A stretch of 64,000 bases of DNA from an uncultured Gemmatimonadales bacterium (GCA_963707505.1 CAVPQB010000006.1:320001-384000), one strand, 5' to 3'; shown: positions 10,865 through 22,719, counted from the first letter of the stretch. Made by a program: numbers and translations. The notes: a model not told the origin generated them from the sequence alone.

Positions 10865-11815
10865 TCATCCGGCAGTCGTCAGGCTGATGTCGCCATGTCC
10901 GGTTGACAGTCGTACGGAACGGCCGCCTGAGCCCAGAACTCCGTGCGCCGATCCGGTCCTCGAATGCCTGCCCTGATCGCTGATCGTGAGCGGAAAATTC
11001 GACGATACACTGCCTCGGCCCGTATGCAGATCCACGTCGCCGCTCAGCGCTTTCGGAGCAACGACGCTCACGTTGCCGTGCCCCGTCTCGAACATCATGT
11101 CGTTGGCGCCAACAGCTGCAGCTCCAGCCAGCTCCGCGATGATGTCGCCGTGGCCCGTGTTTGCGCGCACCGCCCCGACGCTGGATACGTGAATGTTACC
11201 GTGGCCGGTTCTGGCGGTGACCTGTTTCGCGGCGTTGACTATGTCCATATCGCCATGGCCCGTATTTGCGTCGATGGTGCCCGCGACGTTTCGGATCGAG
11301 ACACTGCCATGTCCACTGCGAGCGATGACGTCCGCGCCCGCGTCGGTGATGTGGAGATCGCCATGTCTGGTCGCCGCCTGAAGTGATACGCCGGCAGGCA
11401 GGAGCACGACGATGCGCATCGGTTGTGGGTGCCAATCATCATCGTCGGGAGAGGAGAGGTCGTTTGCGTTGCAGGTCGGCTTCTCATCAGAAATGGCGCA
11501 AATCACCACATCCGCCCCCTGGCGCTGAGTGACAAACCTCACTGGCTCGGTCGATCTACCGAACCAGACCCAACGATCCAAGCCCGGCTCCTTCGTGGCC
11601 TGAACATCGATGGTTTTTCCGGATGTCCGCCTCACCTCCACCGTGCCGGCAAGATTGCGTATTCGGAGCCAGCCGCCGTCAGTCACCGTTCCGCTCCACG
11701 CAAAATTCGCCGAAGTGTCGGCAGCGGGAGCGGCCGTCGTTAATGTTGAAGGGACGGTGGCGGAAAATCCGTGAAGGATGACCACGGATGCGGCAACAAT
11801 GGCGGTTTTCAGCAC
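10865..11815 (-). CDS. DUF4097 family beta-strand repeat protein
   Basis: Repeated TGHG(D/N)I motifs. SD AGGAG before GTG 11815, followed by a signal-like N-terminus. Confidence 0.8.
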   Translation of the reverse strand: MLKTAIVAASVVILHGFSATVPSTLTTAAPAADTSANFAWSGTVTDGGWLRIRNLAGTVEVRRTSGKTIDVQATKEPGLDRWVWFGRSTEPVRFVTQRQGADVVICAISDEKPTCNANDLSSPDDDDWHPQPMRIVVLLPAGVSLQAATRHGDLHITDAGADVIARSGHGSVSIRNVAGTIDANTGHGDMDIVNAAKQVTARTGHGNIHVSSVGAVRANTGHGDIIAELAGAAAVGANDMMFETGHGNVSVVAPKALSGDVDLHTGRGSVSSNFPLTISDQGRHSRTGSAHGVLGSGGRSVRLSTGHGDISLTTAG

Positions 11816-11912
11816 GGGAGCTCCTGTGAAAGGGCCAGCAATAGCAGCTACGTGCATTGGATGCAACGCGCGCCCGGATGGTTGCAAGGGAACAAAGTTC
11901 CGTTTTTGTGTT

Positions 11913-12098
11913 AACGAAACGAGCTTGGAGAGCGTCTAATTGGCGTTAAAGGACGGCTCCCGTCGTCGATTCAGTCAAAATGGCGCGACAGAATGGCAGT
12001 CGAAGAATCTTGGGAATATCGGCTAAGTCGTTGATACGTAACGCGTTAGCCGACTTTGTAAACGACAGGCAACCCGGCACGCGTGGTGCCTGTCTAAT
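11913..12098 (+). promoter_or_regulatory. Two putative ECF-type promoters (AAC-N18-GTCTAAT)
   Basis: AAC 11913-15 with GTCTAAT 11934-40, and AAC 12071-73 with GTCTAAT 12092-98. Identical spacing, upstream of the ECF sigma gene. Confidence 0.5.
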
Positions 12099-12191
12099 AT
12101 CAGAGCGAAGCACCTGTCCGGAGGGACTTCGCATGGGCCGGCCAATCCCGACCCCACCCCGTTGAACAGTCGTCCCAAAAAAGGGGATTTT

Positions 12192-12845
12192 ATGGCCATT
12201 GCCGCTCGTAAGACCTTACCAGCACTCGCCCATGCCGAGCTCGTCGGATCGACGATCCGCGACAGACTTCGCACGGCTGAAGATTCCGAAGTCGTCTCGG
12301 CGTTCCTGAACGGCGAGGAGCGTGCATTCTCGGAGCTCGTGGAGCGCTATCAAACGCGTCTCCTGAATTTCATTTACCGGACGATCGGCGACAGGGAGAA
12401 AGCCGAGGATCTGGTGCAGGAAGTTTTCATCCGCGTGTACCGGCATCTGCACCGTTTCGACAGGTCGAAGAAGTTCTCGACGTGGGTCTATACCATTGCC
12501 TCCAACCTCGCCAAGAACGAGCTGCGGAACCGCTCACGCAATCCGCTGGTTCTGTTTCAGACGATCACCAAGAACTGGCAGGATGAAGAGCGTCCGCTGC
12601 AGTTCGAAGATCCTGGCAACCGGCCGGACGACCTGTTCCGGAAGCGCGACATCCGGGAAAAAGTCGAGGAAGCCGTGGGCCAGCTCCCGGAGCATCACCG
12701 GAACGTCTTCGTCCTACGGGAGCTCGAGGGGAAGTCGTATGAGGAGATCGCGGAGATAACTCACACGAACCTCGGAACCGTCAAGTCGCGCCTGAATCGG
12801 GCGCGAAACAGTTTCGCCGAGATAATCGGACCCTGGCTGGGCTAG
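12192..12845 (+). CDS. ECF RNA polymerase sigma factor (RpoE/SigW-like)
   Basis: Region 2 AEDLVQEVF..FSTWVY.IA.N and region 4 SYEEIAEI....LGTVKSRLNRAR. SD AAGGGG. Confidence 0.95.
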   Translation: MAIAARKTLPALAHAELVGSTIRDRLRTAEDSEVVSAFLNGEERAFSELVERYQTRLLNFIYRTIGDREKAEDLVQEVFIRVYRHLHRFDRSKKFSTWVYTIASNLAKNELRNRSRNPLVLFQTITKNWQDEERPLQFEDPGNRPDDLFRKRDIREKVEEAVGQLPEHHRNVFVLRELEGKSYEEIAEITHTNLGTVKSRLNRARNSFAEIIGPWLG

Positions 12846-12864
12846 AAGGGCCTGCGTGGGTGAG

Positions 12865-12900
12865 AAACGCGTGACCAGGGATACTGGTCACGCGTTTTCT
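12865..12900 (+). terminator. Intrinsic terminator after the sigma gene
   Basis: 14-bp stem AAACGCGTGACCAG / CTGGTCACGCGTTT with a 5-nt loop and a T-rich tail. Confidence 0.7.
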
Positions 12901-12922
12901 GTTTGGGGATCCATCGGCACCT

Positions 12923-13026
12923 CGTCATTCCCGCGGAAGCGGGAATCCATCTGCTGCCGACCCGCTCCCCGCTTTCATCGCATCCAGAGATCGCTAACAT
13001 GGATTCCCGCTTTCGCGGGAATGACG
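12923..13026. repeat. REPIN-like element (family A): inverted pair of CGTCATTCCC-N8-GGGAATCCAT units
   Basis: Arms at 12923-12950 and 12999-13026. The 48-nt spacer is 40/48 identical to the spacer of the 42545-42648 copy (manual alignment). Confidence 0.9.
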
Positions 13027-13098
13027 ATATCCGGACTTCCTGCCTGGCCGGTCGATTGGCCGGGAACTATTATTGACGCCGCCCGGTATCCTTATTCG

Positions 13099-13611
13099 AT
13101 GCGCTGTTCAGAGTTCAAAGATCTTCACTGCTCCTTCGTAGACGACACCCTGGCAGGGGTCGAGCTGGTACGCATGCAGAGTCACATCGCTGAGTGCGCC
13201 GACTGTGCTCGTCTGGATGCCAGTGTGCGGCGCTCGCTCATGCTCGTGCACAATCTTGCACCGATCGAGCCCTCTGCGGACTTTGCGTTCCGGCTCAATG
13301 CGCGGCTGAGAGAATGCCGGCTGAACCAGGCTACCGCATCCGGGGGACGATTCCGAACAGTAGCGGCGATTGGGGCAATCGCATCGTTGATAATGCTGGG
13401 TTACGTGGCTGAAACGATGAGAGTGGCGGAGCAACAGCGGGCACTGCCGGAGATCGTGCTGCCACCCGCAGTGGCGATGGCGATTCCACCGGATACCACG
13501 CCAGTGCCTTCGATAGTTGCGTCGGTTTCTGCTGGAATGCCGATCTGGCCGGCTGCGTTGCTGGTGGAACAGGGCGGTCTTCAGACCGTGAGCTACACGC
13601 AACCGCGATAG
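13099..13611 (+). CDS. Zinc-binding (zf-HC2/ZAS) anti-sigma factor
   Basis: Motif HIAECADC and one TM segment. TATCCT-N6-ATG suggests a leaderless start at 13099. The longer ORF call runs through the REPIN. Confidence 0.8.
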   Translation: MRCSEFKDLHCSFVDDTLAGVELVRMQSHIAECADCARLDASVRRSLMLVHNLAPIEPSADFAFRLNARLRECRLNQATASGGRFRTVAAIGAIASLIMLGYVAETMRVAEQQRALPEIVLPPAVAMAIPPDTTPVPSIVASVSAGMPIWPAALLVEQGGLQTVSYTQPR

Positions 13612-13640
13612 TCTTCGCTCCGCGAAATTAGATTTTGGGC

Positions 13641-14699
13641 ATGGCAACCGACGCTGCCCTCAAGACGCTCCGTGACGCCGTGAAAAAACGGCAGTTTGAC
13701 GGGGCGTATTACGTTTACGGGGACGATGAGTACCAGAAGAACGAAGCGGTGAAACAGCTCGTCGCCGCTGCGGTCGATCCGGCAACGCGCGACTTCAATC
13801 TGGATACGCGTCGCGCCGCTGATCTGGATGCCGAATCACTTGGATCGCTGCTCGACACGCCACCGATGATGGCTGAGCGGAGGGTCGCGATAATTCGCGA
13901 GGTCGGAGCGCTCAGGAAGGACGCGCGCAGCGCGCTCGACAGATATCTCAAGCATCCGTCGCACGAGACACTGGTCTTGCTCGTAGCGGCTCCCGGTGCC
14001 AAGGTAGACAAGGCTCTACAGATGTCGACCACGCCGATGGAATTCAGTCCACTCGACGGCAGCCGCGTTTCGAAGTGGATTGCGCATCACGCCAAATCAG
14101 AACTTGGCGTCGAGATAGCGGAATCAGCGGCGGATCTGTTGCACGAAGCAGTGGGCAATGATCTGTATCAACTGGCATCGGAGCTGGACAAGCTCGCCAG
14201 CTATACCAATGGTGCGGCGATCACTGAAGATGCGATCGGCGCGGCCGTAGGAATTCGGCGTGGGGAAACCGTCTCCGATTTTCTCGACAAGGTGTTGCAA
14301 CGGGATGCGACCGGAGCGCTCAATCTTATCCCGCACGTTCTGTCGCAGCCCAAGACGAGCGGGGTAAGCGTCGTCATGGCGCTGTCGACCCAGATGTTGG
14401 CGCTCGCGTGGGGTCGGTGCCGGCTGGATTCCGGACTGCCGGCGGGGCGACTGGAAGGCGAGTATTTTCAGCTGCTCAAGTCGACCGGGGCCTATCCTGG
14501 CCGCCCGTGGGGTGGGGCTGCACGCGCCTGGGCGATGGCGGCTCGGGAGTGGAAGACATCTGAGTGCGACAGGGCAGTGACCGCGCTTCTGGCGGCGGAT
14601 GTCGCGCTCAAGGAGTCACGTGTATCATCCGAAAACCAGATCCTTGCGACGACGGTTCTTGCCATCTGTGCGGCATCTGGTCGTCGCCGAGCAGCATAG
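13641..14699 (+). CDS. holA: DNA polymerase III subunit delta
   Basis: Motifs YYVYGDDEY, RDFNLD, PMMAERRV, GNDL..LASELDKL and AD.ALK. Confidence 0.9.
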   Translation: MATDAALKTLRDAVKKRQFDGAYYVYGDDEYQKNEAVKQLVAAAVDPATRDFNLDTRRAADLDAESLGSLLDTPPMMAERRVAIIREVGALRKDARSALDRYLKHPSHETLVLLVAAPGAKVDKALQMSTTPMEFSPLDGSRVSKWIAHHAKSELGVEIAESAADLLHEAVGNDLYQLASELDKLASYTNGAAITEDAIGAAVGIRRGETVSDFLDKVLQRDATGALNLIPHVLSQPKTSGVSVVMALSTQMLALAWGRCRLDSGLPAGRLEGEYFQLLKSTGAYPGRPWGGAARAWAMAAREWKTSECDRAVTALLAADVALKESRVSSENQILATTVLAICAASGRRRAA

Positions 14700-14800
14700 A
14701 TTCGCGGCAGAATCCGCGACAGTAATACGCCACATTAGAAGCATTCTCGCGACAAATGAGCCAAATCATGGATTTCACGAATTTCTGCAGAGTTTCGTTT

Positions 14801-16020
14801 ATGAGGCGCGGGACGCCACGGATGGGGCTGGGGGCGGCATTCCTGAGGCGCGGATGCATCTGCGCCCTACAAATCGGTCTCGCGCTGCCGGTTGTAGTTG
14901 GAGCGCAGTCAGCCAGGGACTCTACGCTGTACCTTCGAGCTCAGCAGATGGTGGCGAACGGCGATGCTGCTGGTGGGCGCAGGCTGGTTGATTCGGTCGC
15001 CAGTGCCGCGCCTGCCGGGACTCCGGCGTACGCCGAGGGGCTTTACTGGCGCGCCACGCTGGCTGCGAATGCGAGGGATTCGGAGCAGGCGTACAGACAG
15101 ATCATCGTGGACTATCCGCTCTCCGGTAGGGTGCCCGACGCGTTGCTTCGGATCGGTCAACTGGAGTCGGCGCGTGGTGAGAATGCGGCGGCGCTGCAAC
15201 ACTTTCAGCGACTCGTACTGGAGCATCCGCAGAGTCCACTGCATGCGGAAGCGAGCTACTGGGTGGCGAGGATGTACTTCGATGCGAACGACGCTCCGCG
15301 TGCATGCGCGGCCAACAGTGACGCAATGGCGAGTGCGCCGGCGTCCAACGTGGAGCTCAAGAATCGCATCGATTTTCAGCAGCAGCGTTGCAGAGGTGTA
15401 ACGCTCGCAACGAATGCGCCTCCAACGCCGGTATCCGTCCCGGTGAAGAATGTGCCGGTTGTGAATTCACCGAAGCCGCCGGTCAAGCCTGCTCCGAAAG
15501 TTGCGGCAACCATCAAGGAAGCTCCGAAGAATACTGTTCCGGAACGTCACGATACGATCGCGAAGGAAGCGCCGGCGGCGGTTGCGCCGACTGCGCCACG
15601 TGAAACAGCGAGTGTTGCAGCGACATCGGGTAGTACTACAAGTACGGGCAACGGTGTTGTTTCCCGTCCTCCAACGAAAGAAGAGGTCGATCGCGCGCTC
15701 GCATCGGCTGCGCAATCGAAGCTGTTGAAGAAGACACCAGCGGCAGCAACGCCGACGAAACAACAGCCGCGAAACCAGCCGCAGAGTCACCGAGCACATC
15801 GAGCGGTCGGTACGCGGTTCAGATTGCAGCGTTCCGTACCAAGGCACCGGCGACTCAGCTGGCCACGGAGCTGCATGGACGCGGCTACGAAGCTTACGTC
15901 GATGGCGCGAATGCGCCGTATCGTGTGCGTATCGGACACTACACGACGCATGCGGCGGCAGCTCAGGAGCTCGTGAAGCTGAAAGCCAGGCACATAGACG
16001 GGTTCGTGGCAGAGAGATAG
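14801..16020 (+). CDS. TPR plus SPOR domain protein; frameshift near 15760-15790
   Basis: TPR-like N-terminus (YP.S....DALLRIG). The alternate frame encodes a SPOR domain YAVQIAAF...GYEAYV....YRVRIGHY ending at TAG 16020. Start is uncertain. Confidence 0.75.
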
Positions 16021-16024
16021 GCGC

Positions 16025-18622
16025 GTGGCCAAGCCCGTGGCCACGCCACTCATGCAGCAGTACCGGGAAATCAAGGCCAGACATCCCGGCACCATCCTGT
16101 TCTTCAGAATGGGCGACTTCTACGAGACCTTTTACGAAGACGCAGAACTGATCTCGCGCGTCCTGGGCCTCACGCTCACGTCGCGGAACAACGGCGGGGC
16201 GTCGCAGGTTCCGCTTGCTGGTGTGCCGGTGAAGGCTGGTCCGGAATACGTGCGCAGGTTGGTGCAGCTGGGCCATCGCGTTTCCATCTGCGAGCAGGTC
16301 GAAGATCCCAAAACGGCGAAGGGCGTCGTGCGTCGTGAAGTTGTCGAGACCATTACGCCCGGCGCTGCATTCTCGGACGAGCTGCTGGATGGATCGCGCA
16401 ACAACTTCCTCTGCGCGATGGCGGCCGGCGTAAAGGGCGATGCGTCACGAGCGGGAATTGCGGCACTGGATCTCTCGACTGGTGAGCTGCGACTGATCGT
16501 CGTCGCTGGAGCGGAGATCGAAGCGGCGCTGGCGCGATTCTCTCCGCGCGAGATGGTCATTCCAGAAGACATGGCTGCGGGAGCCAACACGATTCTCGAT
16601 TCGATACTCGTGTCACATCGTCCTGCGTGGGAGTTCGACGCGGCGATGGCGCGCGAGGATCTGCAGCGTCAGTTCGGTGTGCGCTCGCTGGACGGATTCG
16701 GCGTGGAGTCGTCGGACGACATTGCGGTGGGAGCAGCGGGTGCGCTGTTGCGCTACGTGCGCGAGCTGCAACCTGGTGGAGTTCCACATCTCCGGCCGCC
16801 GGTGATCGAGCGCTCGGGCGGCACGATGCCGCTGGACGAGATGACTCGCCGGAATCTCGAGCTCACCGAATCATTGCGTGGCGGCGCGGGTCAGGAAGGA
16901 ACCCTGATCAGCGTGCTGGATCGCACGCTCACTCCAATGGGTGCGCGACTGCTGCGTCAGTGGGTCCTTGCACCGCTCACGCAGGTGGACCGCATAGAAT
17001 CGCGTCTCGATGCCGTCGCCGCGTTCGCATCCGATGCGATGACTCGAGCAACGATGCGCGCGGCACTGGATGGCGTGCGCGACGTCGAGCGACTTGCAGC
17101 CAAAGTCGCGGCAAGTCGCATCACTCCACGCGAACTGCGTGCGCTCGGCGATTCCATCGCACGATTGCCGGATGTCGAGAATGCCGCGCGTCGAATCAGT
17201 GGCGATGCGTTGCAAACGATTCTCCAAAGCTGGGATGCGTGCAGGGAGCTGGGAGACGACATCATCAACCTGCTGGTCGAGCGTCCGCCGATTGCGCTGG
17301 GCGAAGATCCAACTGTTCGCGCAGGCTTCGACGATGATCTGGATGAGCTGCGCTCGTTGCGCGATGGAGGCAAGGACGGAATTGCGCGCATCCAGAGCGA
17401 GGAGCGTGCACGCACGGGAATCAATTCGCTCAAGGTCGGCTACAACCGTGTGTTCGGTTACTACATAGAAGTGAGTAACACGCACGGCCACAAGATTCCG
17501 GACGACTACCAACGCCGCCAAACGCTCACTGGTGCGGAGCGGTACGTGACGCCGGCGCTCAAGGAATACGAAGAACATGTTCTCACGGCTGCCGACCGGA
17601 TCGAGTCGCGCGAACGTGCGTTGTTCGAAGCATTGCGCGGACGGATAGCGCGGGAAGTTTCGCGCTTGCAGTGCGCTGCGCGTGTACTCGCCGAGCTCGA
17701 TGTACTGTCGACGTTCGGTGAGGTCGCGGAGATCGAGGCATATGTACGACCGCGACTCGATGACGGATTCGATCTCCGTATAGAAGGTGGAAGACATCCG
17801 GTGGTGGAGCGGATGATGCCGCGTGAGAAGTTCATCCCGAACGATGTGACGCTCACGGGCGATGCGCGGGTGATAATTCTCACTGGCCCCAACATGGCCG
17901 GCAAGTCGACCATCCTGCGTCAGATCGGCCTCATCGTACTCATGGCGCAGATAGGCAGTTTCGTTCCGGCGCGGTCGGCGGGAATCGGAGTGGTCGACAG
18001 ATTGTTCACGCGCGTCGGCGCGAGCGACAATCTCGTGCGCGGTCAATCCACCTTCATGGTCGAGATGAGCGAGACGAGCGCGATCCTGCACTCGGCCACC
18101 TCCAGATCACTGGTCCTGCTGGACGAGATCGGGCGTGGCACTTCGACGTACGATGGTGTATCCATAGCATGGGCGGTGACCGAGCACATTCACGATGAGC
18201 TCGGTTGCAAGACCGTATTCGCCACGCATTACCATGAGCTGACACAGTTGTCGGACGAGCTCGCGGCAGTCCGGAACTTCAACGTGCGCGTGCGGGAGGT
18301 GGGGGAGGAGATTCTCTTCCTGCACACGCTGGAGCCGGGTGGTGCGGATCGTTCGTACGGAATCGAGGTCGGGCGTCTGGCTGGTCTGCCGCGTCCGGTA
18401 TTGAAACGCGCGCGGACGCTGTTGCGTCAATTGGAGGGAGACCACCGGATGCCACCGCGTGAGCGGCCGGGTGACGAAATGGCGGGCCAACTCGCATTAT
18501 TCGGATCGGAGCCGGACCCTATCATGGAAGAGCTGAGAGGGATCGACCCAAACACCATGACACCGTTGCAAGCGCTCGACACACTCGCGCGACTGGTTTC
18601 GGATGCTCAGCAAAAGACGTGA
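16025..18622 (+). CDS. mutS: DNA mismatch repair protein MutS
   Basis: Motifs TPLMQQY, FFRMGDFYE, ILTGPNMAGKST, STFMVEM, DEIGRGTST, FATHYHEL and SYGIEV. Confidence 0.98.
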   Translation: MAKPVATPLMQQYREIKARHPGTILFFRMGDFYETFYEDAELISRVLGLTLTSRNNGGASQVPLAGVPVKAGPEYVRRLVQLGHRVSICEQVEDPKTAKGVVRREVVETITPGAAFSDELLDGSRNNFLCAMAAGVKGDASRAGIAALDLSTGELRLIVVAGAEIEAALARFSPREMVIPEDMAAGANTILDSILVSHRPAWEFDAAMAREDLQRQFGVRSLDGFGVESSDDIAVGAAGALLRYVRELQPGGVPHLRPPVIERSGGTMPLDEMTRRNLELTESLRGGAGQEGTLISVLDRTLTPMGARLLRQWVLAPLTQVDRIESRLDAVAAFASDAMTRATMRAALDGVRDVERLAAKVAASRITPRELRALGDSIARLPDVENAARRISGDALQTILQSWDACRELGDDIINLLVERPPIALGEDPTVRAGFDDDLDELRSLRDGGKDGIARIQSEERARTGINSLKVGYNRVFGYYIEVSNTHGHKIPDDYQRRQTLTGAERYVTPALKEYEEHVLTAADRIESRERALFEALRGRIAREVSRLQCAARVLAELDVLSTFGEVAEIEAYVRPRLDDGFDLRIEGGRHPVVERMMPREKFIPNDVTLTGDARVIILTGPNMAGKSTILRQIGLIVLMAQIGSFVPARSAGIGVVDRLFTRVGASDNLVRGQSTFMVEMSETSAILHSATSRSLVLLDEIGRGTSTYDGVSIAWAVTEHIHDELGCKTVFATHYHELTQLSDELAAVRNFNVRVREVGEEILFLHTLEPGGADRSYGIEVGRLAGLPRPVLKRARTLLRQLEGDHRMPPRERPGDEMAGQLALFGSEPDPIMEELRGIDPNTMTPLQALDTLARLVSDAQQKT

Positions 18623-19125
18623 ATAGCATGACCATCGATGATTCCAGATCAGTCGCGTTGCGTACGGTCGCAGCTACCGTCGCAGTCACGATTCTCACAC
18701 TGTTCGCTGCATGCTCGAAGGGAGACGGCACCAAGACGGCGTTCGACGCTGGCATGGCGCGTCCTGATACCTATCCGATCATGCTGAACAAGGAGATGCC
18801 GTTCCGATATCCGCCAGCGTTGTACGCCGAGAAGGTGCAGGGCAACGTGACGTTGCGATTGTATGTGGACAAGGATGGATCGGTGATCGATGATTCGACA
18901 CGCGTGATCGAATCGTCCAGCATCGCACCGCTGGATTCAGCGGCGATCAAGGGGTCGCGCGAGCTCAAGTTCGTTCCCGCCAAGCTGCGCGGCACTCCGA
19001 TGCCGGTGTCGATCCTGTTCCCGGTATATTTCCGCCATCCAGACGCGCCGCCACCGCCGGGGGATTCCATTCTCAAGAAGAACGTCGCGGGCACTGATAG
19101 TGCGGCGAAGGGCCCCGCGAAATAG
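18619..19125 (+). CDS. TonB C-terminal domain protein (lipoprotein-like)
   Basis: YPP.......VQGNV.LRLYVD..G.V and LD.AA......KF.PA. FAAC lipobox-like motif. Confidence 0.8.
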   Translation: MNSMTIDDSRSVALRTVAATVAVTILTLFAACSKGDGTKTAFDAGMARPDTYPIMLNKEMPFRYPPALYAEKVQGNVTLRLYVDKDGSVIDDSTRVIESSSIAPLDSAAIKGSRELKFVPAKLRGTPMPVSILFPVYFRHPDAPPPPGDSILKKNVAGTDSAAKGPAK

Positions 19126-19182
19126 GTCGCGTCAAAATGTCGCCACGCCCGGTAAGCAGGCGCAAATCGAGATAGTAGCAAT

Positions 19183-20581
19183 ATGTCAATAAAACGAAAC
19201 GAGCGGCCATACGACAACGTTCTCGAGACGATCGGGTGGACGCCTCTGATCCGGCTGCATCACGTGACGCGCGGAATCCGGACGCCGGTGTACGCCAAGG
19301 CTGAGTTCTTCAATCCCGGCGGATCGGTCAAGGATCGAATCGGGCTTCCGATCATCGAACGGGCGGAGCGGGAGGGAAAGCTCAAGCCGGGCGGAACGAT
19401 CGTCGAGGGCACGAGCGGCAACACCGGTGTCGGTCTCGCGATCGCCGCGGCGCTGCGCGGCTACAAGTGCATCTTCACGATGCCCGACAAGATGTCGCAG
19501 GAAAAGGTACGTCTGCTCAAGGCGTTCGGCGCGGAAGTGATCGTCACGCCGACCGCCGTTCGCACCGGATCATCCGGACAACTACGTGATGATGGCGAAG
19601 CGGATCGCGGAAGAGACGCCGAACGCGATCCTCGCGGATCAGTTCTACAACGAGGCCAACCCTGATGCGCACTACGCGACGACTGGTCCCGAGCTGTGGG
19701 AGCAGACCGAAGGAAAGATCACGCACTTCGTCGGCGTCGGCGGGAACAGGCGGTACGATCACCGGCGTCGGACGCTACCTCAAGGAGCGCAATCCCGAAG
19801 ATCAAGATCATTGCTGGCGATCCGACAGGCTCGATACTGGCCGAGTACTGGCGGAGCAATGGCGAGCACAAGATCGAGGGGAACGCCGTACAAGGTCGAG
19901 GGAATCGGGCAGGACAAGCTTCCCGGAACGCTCGACATGAGTGTGATCGACGAGTATCACACAGTGAGCGACAAGGACTCGTTCGCGATGGCGCGGCGGC
20001 TGACGCGCGAGGAAGGGCTTGTTCGTTGGCGGATCGTCGGGCTTCATCACGCACGTCGCTCTCAGATCGCGCGCGAGCTCGACGATCCGAACGCATTGGT
20101 CGTGACGATCCTGTGCGACACTGGCGAGCGATATCTCTCCAAGCTGTACAGCGACGAGTGGATGCGTGAGAACCAGATGCTCGAAGCCGACATGTCACGC
20201 TCGCCGACATGCTCGGCCGCAAGGATGCGAGTGCGCCGGCGAGTCGTGAGCGTCGCGCCGGCATCGAGGGTGCGGCAGGCCCTCGGTCTCATGGTGCTGC
20301 ACGACGTGTCGCAGCTTCCGGTGATGGATGGCGATGAGTGTGTTGGATCTGTCGTCGAGGCAACGTTGTCGCAACGGGGATTGGAAACACCGGCGTTGCT
20401 CGAAGCGACTGTACGCGAGGTGATGGATGCGCCGTTTCCGTCGCTGGCGAGCGATGAAGCGATCGAGTTTGCGGTGAAGCTGTTGTCAAAGAGTACGCCT
20501 GCTGTGCTGGTACATGATCATGGTCGTGTCGAAGGAATAGTTACGCGCTCGGACATGCTTCGCTTCATGATGGGGCGGTAG
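19183..20581 (+). CDS. Cystathionine beta-synthase (PLP domain plus CBS pair); multiple frameshifts
   Basis: KAEFFNPGGSVKDR, EGTSGNTG, GTGGTITG (alternate frame), KVEGIG, CDTGERYLSK and CBS motif SQLPV. Spread over several frames between about 19560 and 20240. Confidence 0.88.
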
Positions 20582-20586
20582 GAATC

Positions 20587-21606
<1,020 letters not shown>

Positions 21607-21629
21607 GACGAAAGGTCGCGCAGGGATCC

Positions 21630-22562
21630 ATGGAAACGTCAACCGAATTCAACGCAGCGGATTTTGAGCCTGGCGTCGGCATAACACCGGCGGTCCAGTG
21701 GCTCATCGCGCTCAACGCACTGGTTTATTTCATCCAGCTGACGTCGCCAGTCGGGACGGCGGACGTTGCGGCGTGGCTGGGTCTGTCGGCGACGGAGTTT
21801 CCCGCCCACTGGTGGGCGATCGGCACATACATGTTCGTACACGCGGGCTTTGCGCACATCGCGACGAACATGATCATGCTGTGGATGTTCGGCCCGCGCG
21901 TGGAACGCGCGTTCGGCTCGCGAGCGTTCACCTACTTCTATCTCTGGTGTGGTCTCGGCGGCGGAATATTCCACCTGCTGTTCGAGCAGCACAGTGGAGT
22001 GATCGGTGCATCCGGCGCGGTTGTCGGTGTAGTTCTCGCGTACGCGCTCAAGTGGCCCGACGACGAGGTCTACATACTCGGCGTCATGCCGATTCGCGCG
22101 GTGTGGCTCGCGGTGTGGACGATCGCGTGGAACGTGGGTATGGCGTTCGCGGACTTCACGGGATATTCCAGCGGCTCTGTCGCGTTCATGACGCACGTCG
22201 GCGGTCTCGTCTTCGCGTGGATCTATCTGCACGCACCGAATAGCTCGAGCTTCGACAAGATTCGCCGCCACGTTGCGACTGTGCCCGATGATTCCAATCC
22301 GCAGCCGATTCCCAAGATGCAGCGTCCGCAGAAGCGTCGCGACGGATTGCCAAGTGCGGATGAAGCGGTGGCGCGCAGTAACGCGATAGTGAAGCGGCGC
22401 CCGCAGACTCCGATGATATCGGCACCGAATCCGAATCCAAAACCGCGCGCGGAAGACGTGAATGGATTGCTGGACAAGATTTCCAGGGAAGGCATGGGGA
22501 GTTTGTCCGGTGACGAGCGAGCGCTGCTGCAGGAGATTTCGCGGAAGCTGCGCGGGTCATAA
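21630..22562 (+). CDS. Rhomboid family intramembrane serine protease
   Basis: Motifs TYMFVH...HI..NM, IGASG (catalytic Ser) and H.GG. C-terminal LLDKIS.EG..SL tail. Confidence 0.92.
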   Translation: METSTEFNAADFEPGVGITPAVQWLIALNALVYFIQLTSPVGTADVAAWLGLSATEFPAHWWAIGTYMFVHAGFAHIATNMIMLWMFGPRVERAFGSRAFTYFYLWCGLGGGIFHLLFEQHSGVIGASGAVVGVVLAYALKWPDDEVYILGVMPIRAVWLAVWTIAWNVGMAFADFTGYSSGSVAFMTHVGGLVFAWIYLHAPNSSSFDKIRRHVATVPDDSNPQPIPKMQRPQKRRDGLPSADEAVARSNAIVKRRPQTPMISAPNPNPKPRAEDVNGLLDKISREGMGSLSGDERALLQEISRKLRGS

Positions 22563-22600
22563 GAGCGAGCTTCATTGTGGCGCAGGCTGTCCAAAAGCTT

Positions 22601-22686
22601 GACATCTCCGCGAAAGCGGGAACTTCAAGACTCGTCATTCCCCGCAAAAACACTCCCCAGGACTCGTCATTCCCGGTCTCCCGGGA
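22601..22686. repeat. Degenerate family A REP remnants in direct orientation
   Basis: CCGCGAAAGCGG core at about 22608. GACTCGTCATTCCC occurs at 22629 and 22661. Confidence 0.6.
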
Positions 22687-22719
22687 TTGTCATCGCGCTT
22701 GTCAAACTAGATTTGTAGC

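Noticed and set aside
12856..13098. N-terminal ORF extensions containing WIPAFAGMT (also at 41601-41777 and near 29800 and 47180)
   Set aside because: These are translations of the family A REP, not protein sequence.
22563..22719. preQ1 riboswitch upstream of queF
   Set aside because: No recognisable preQ1 stem-loop with an A-rich tail. The region is REP remnants and the gene looks leaderless.
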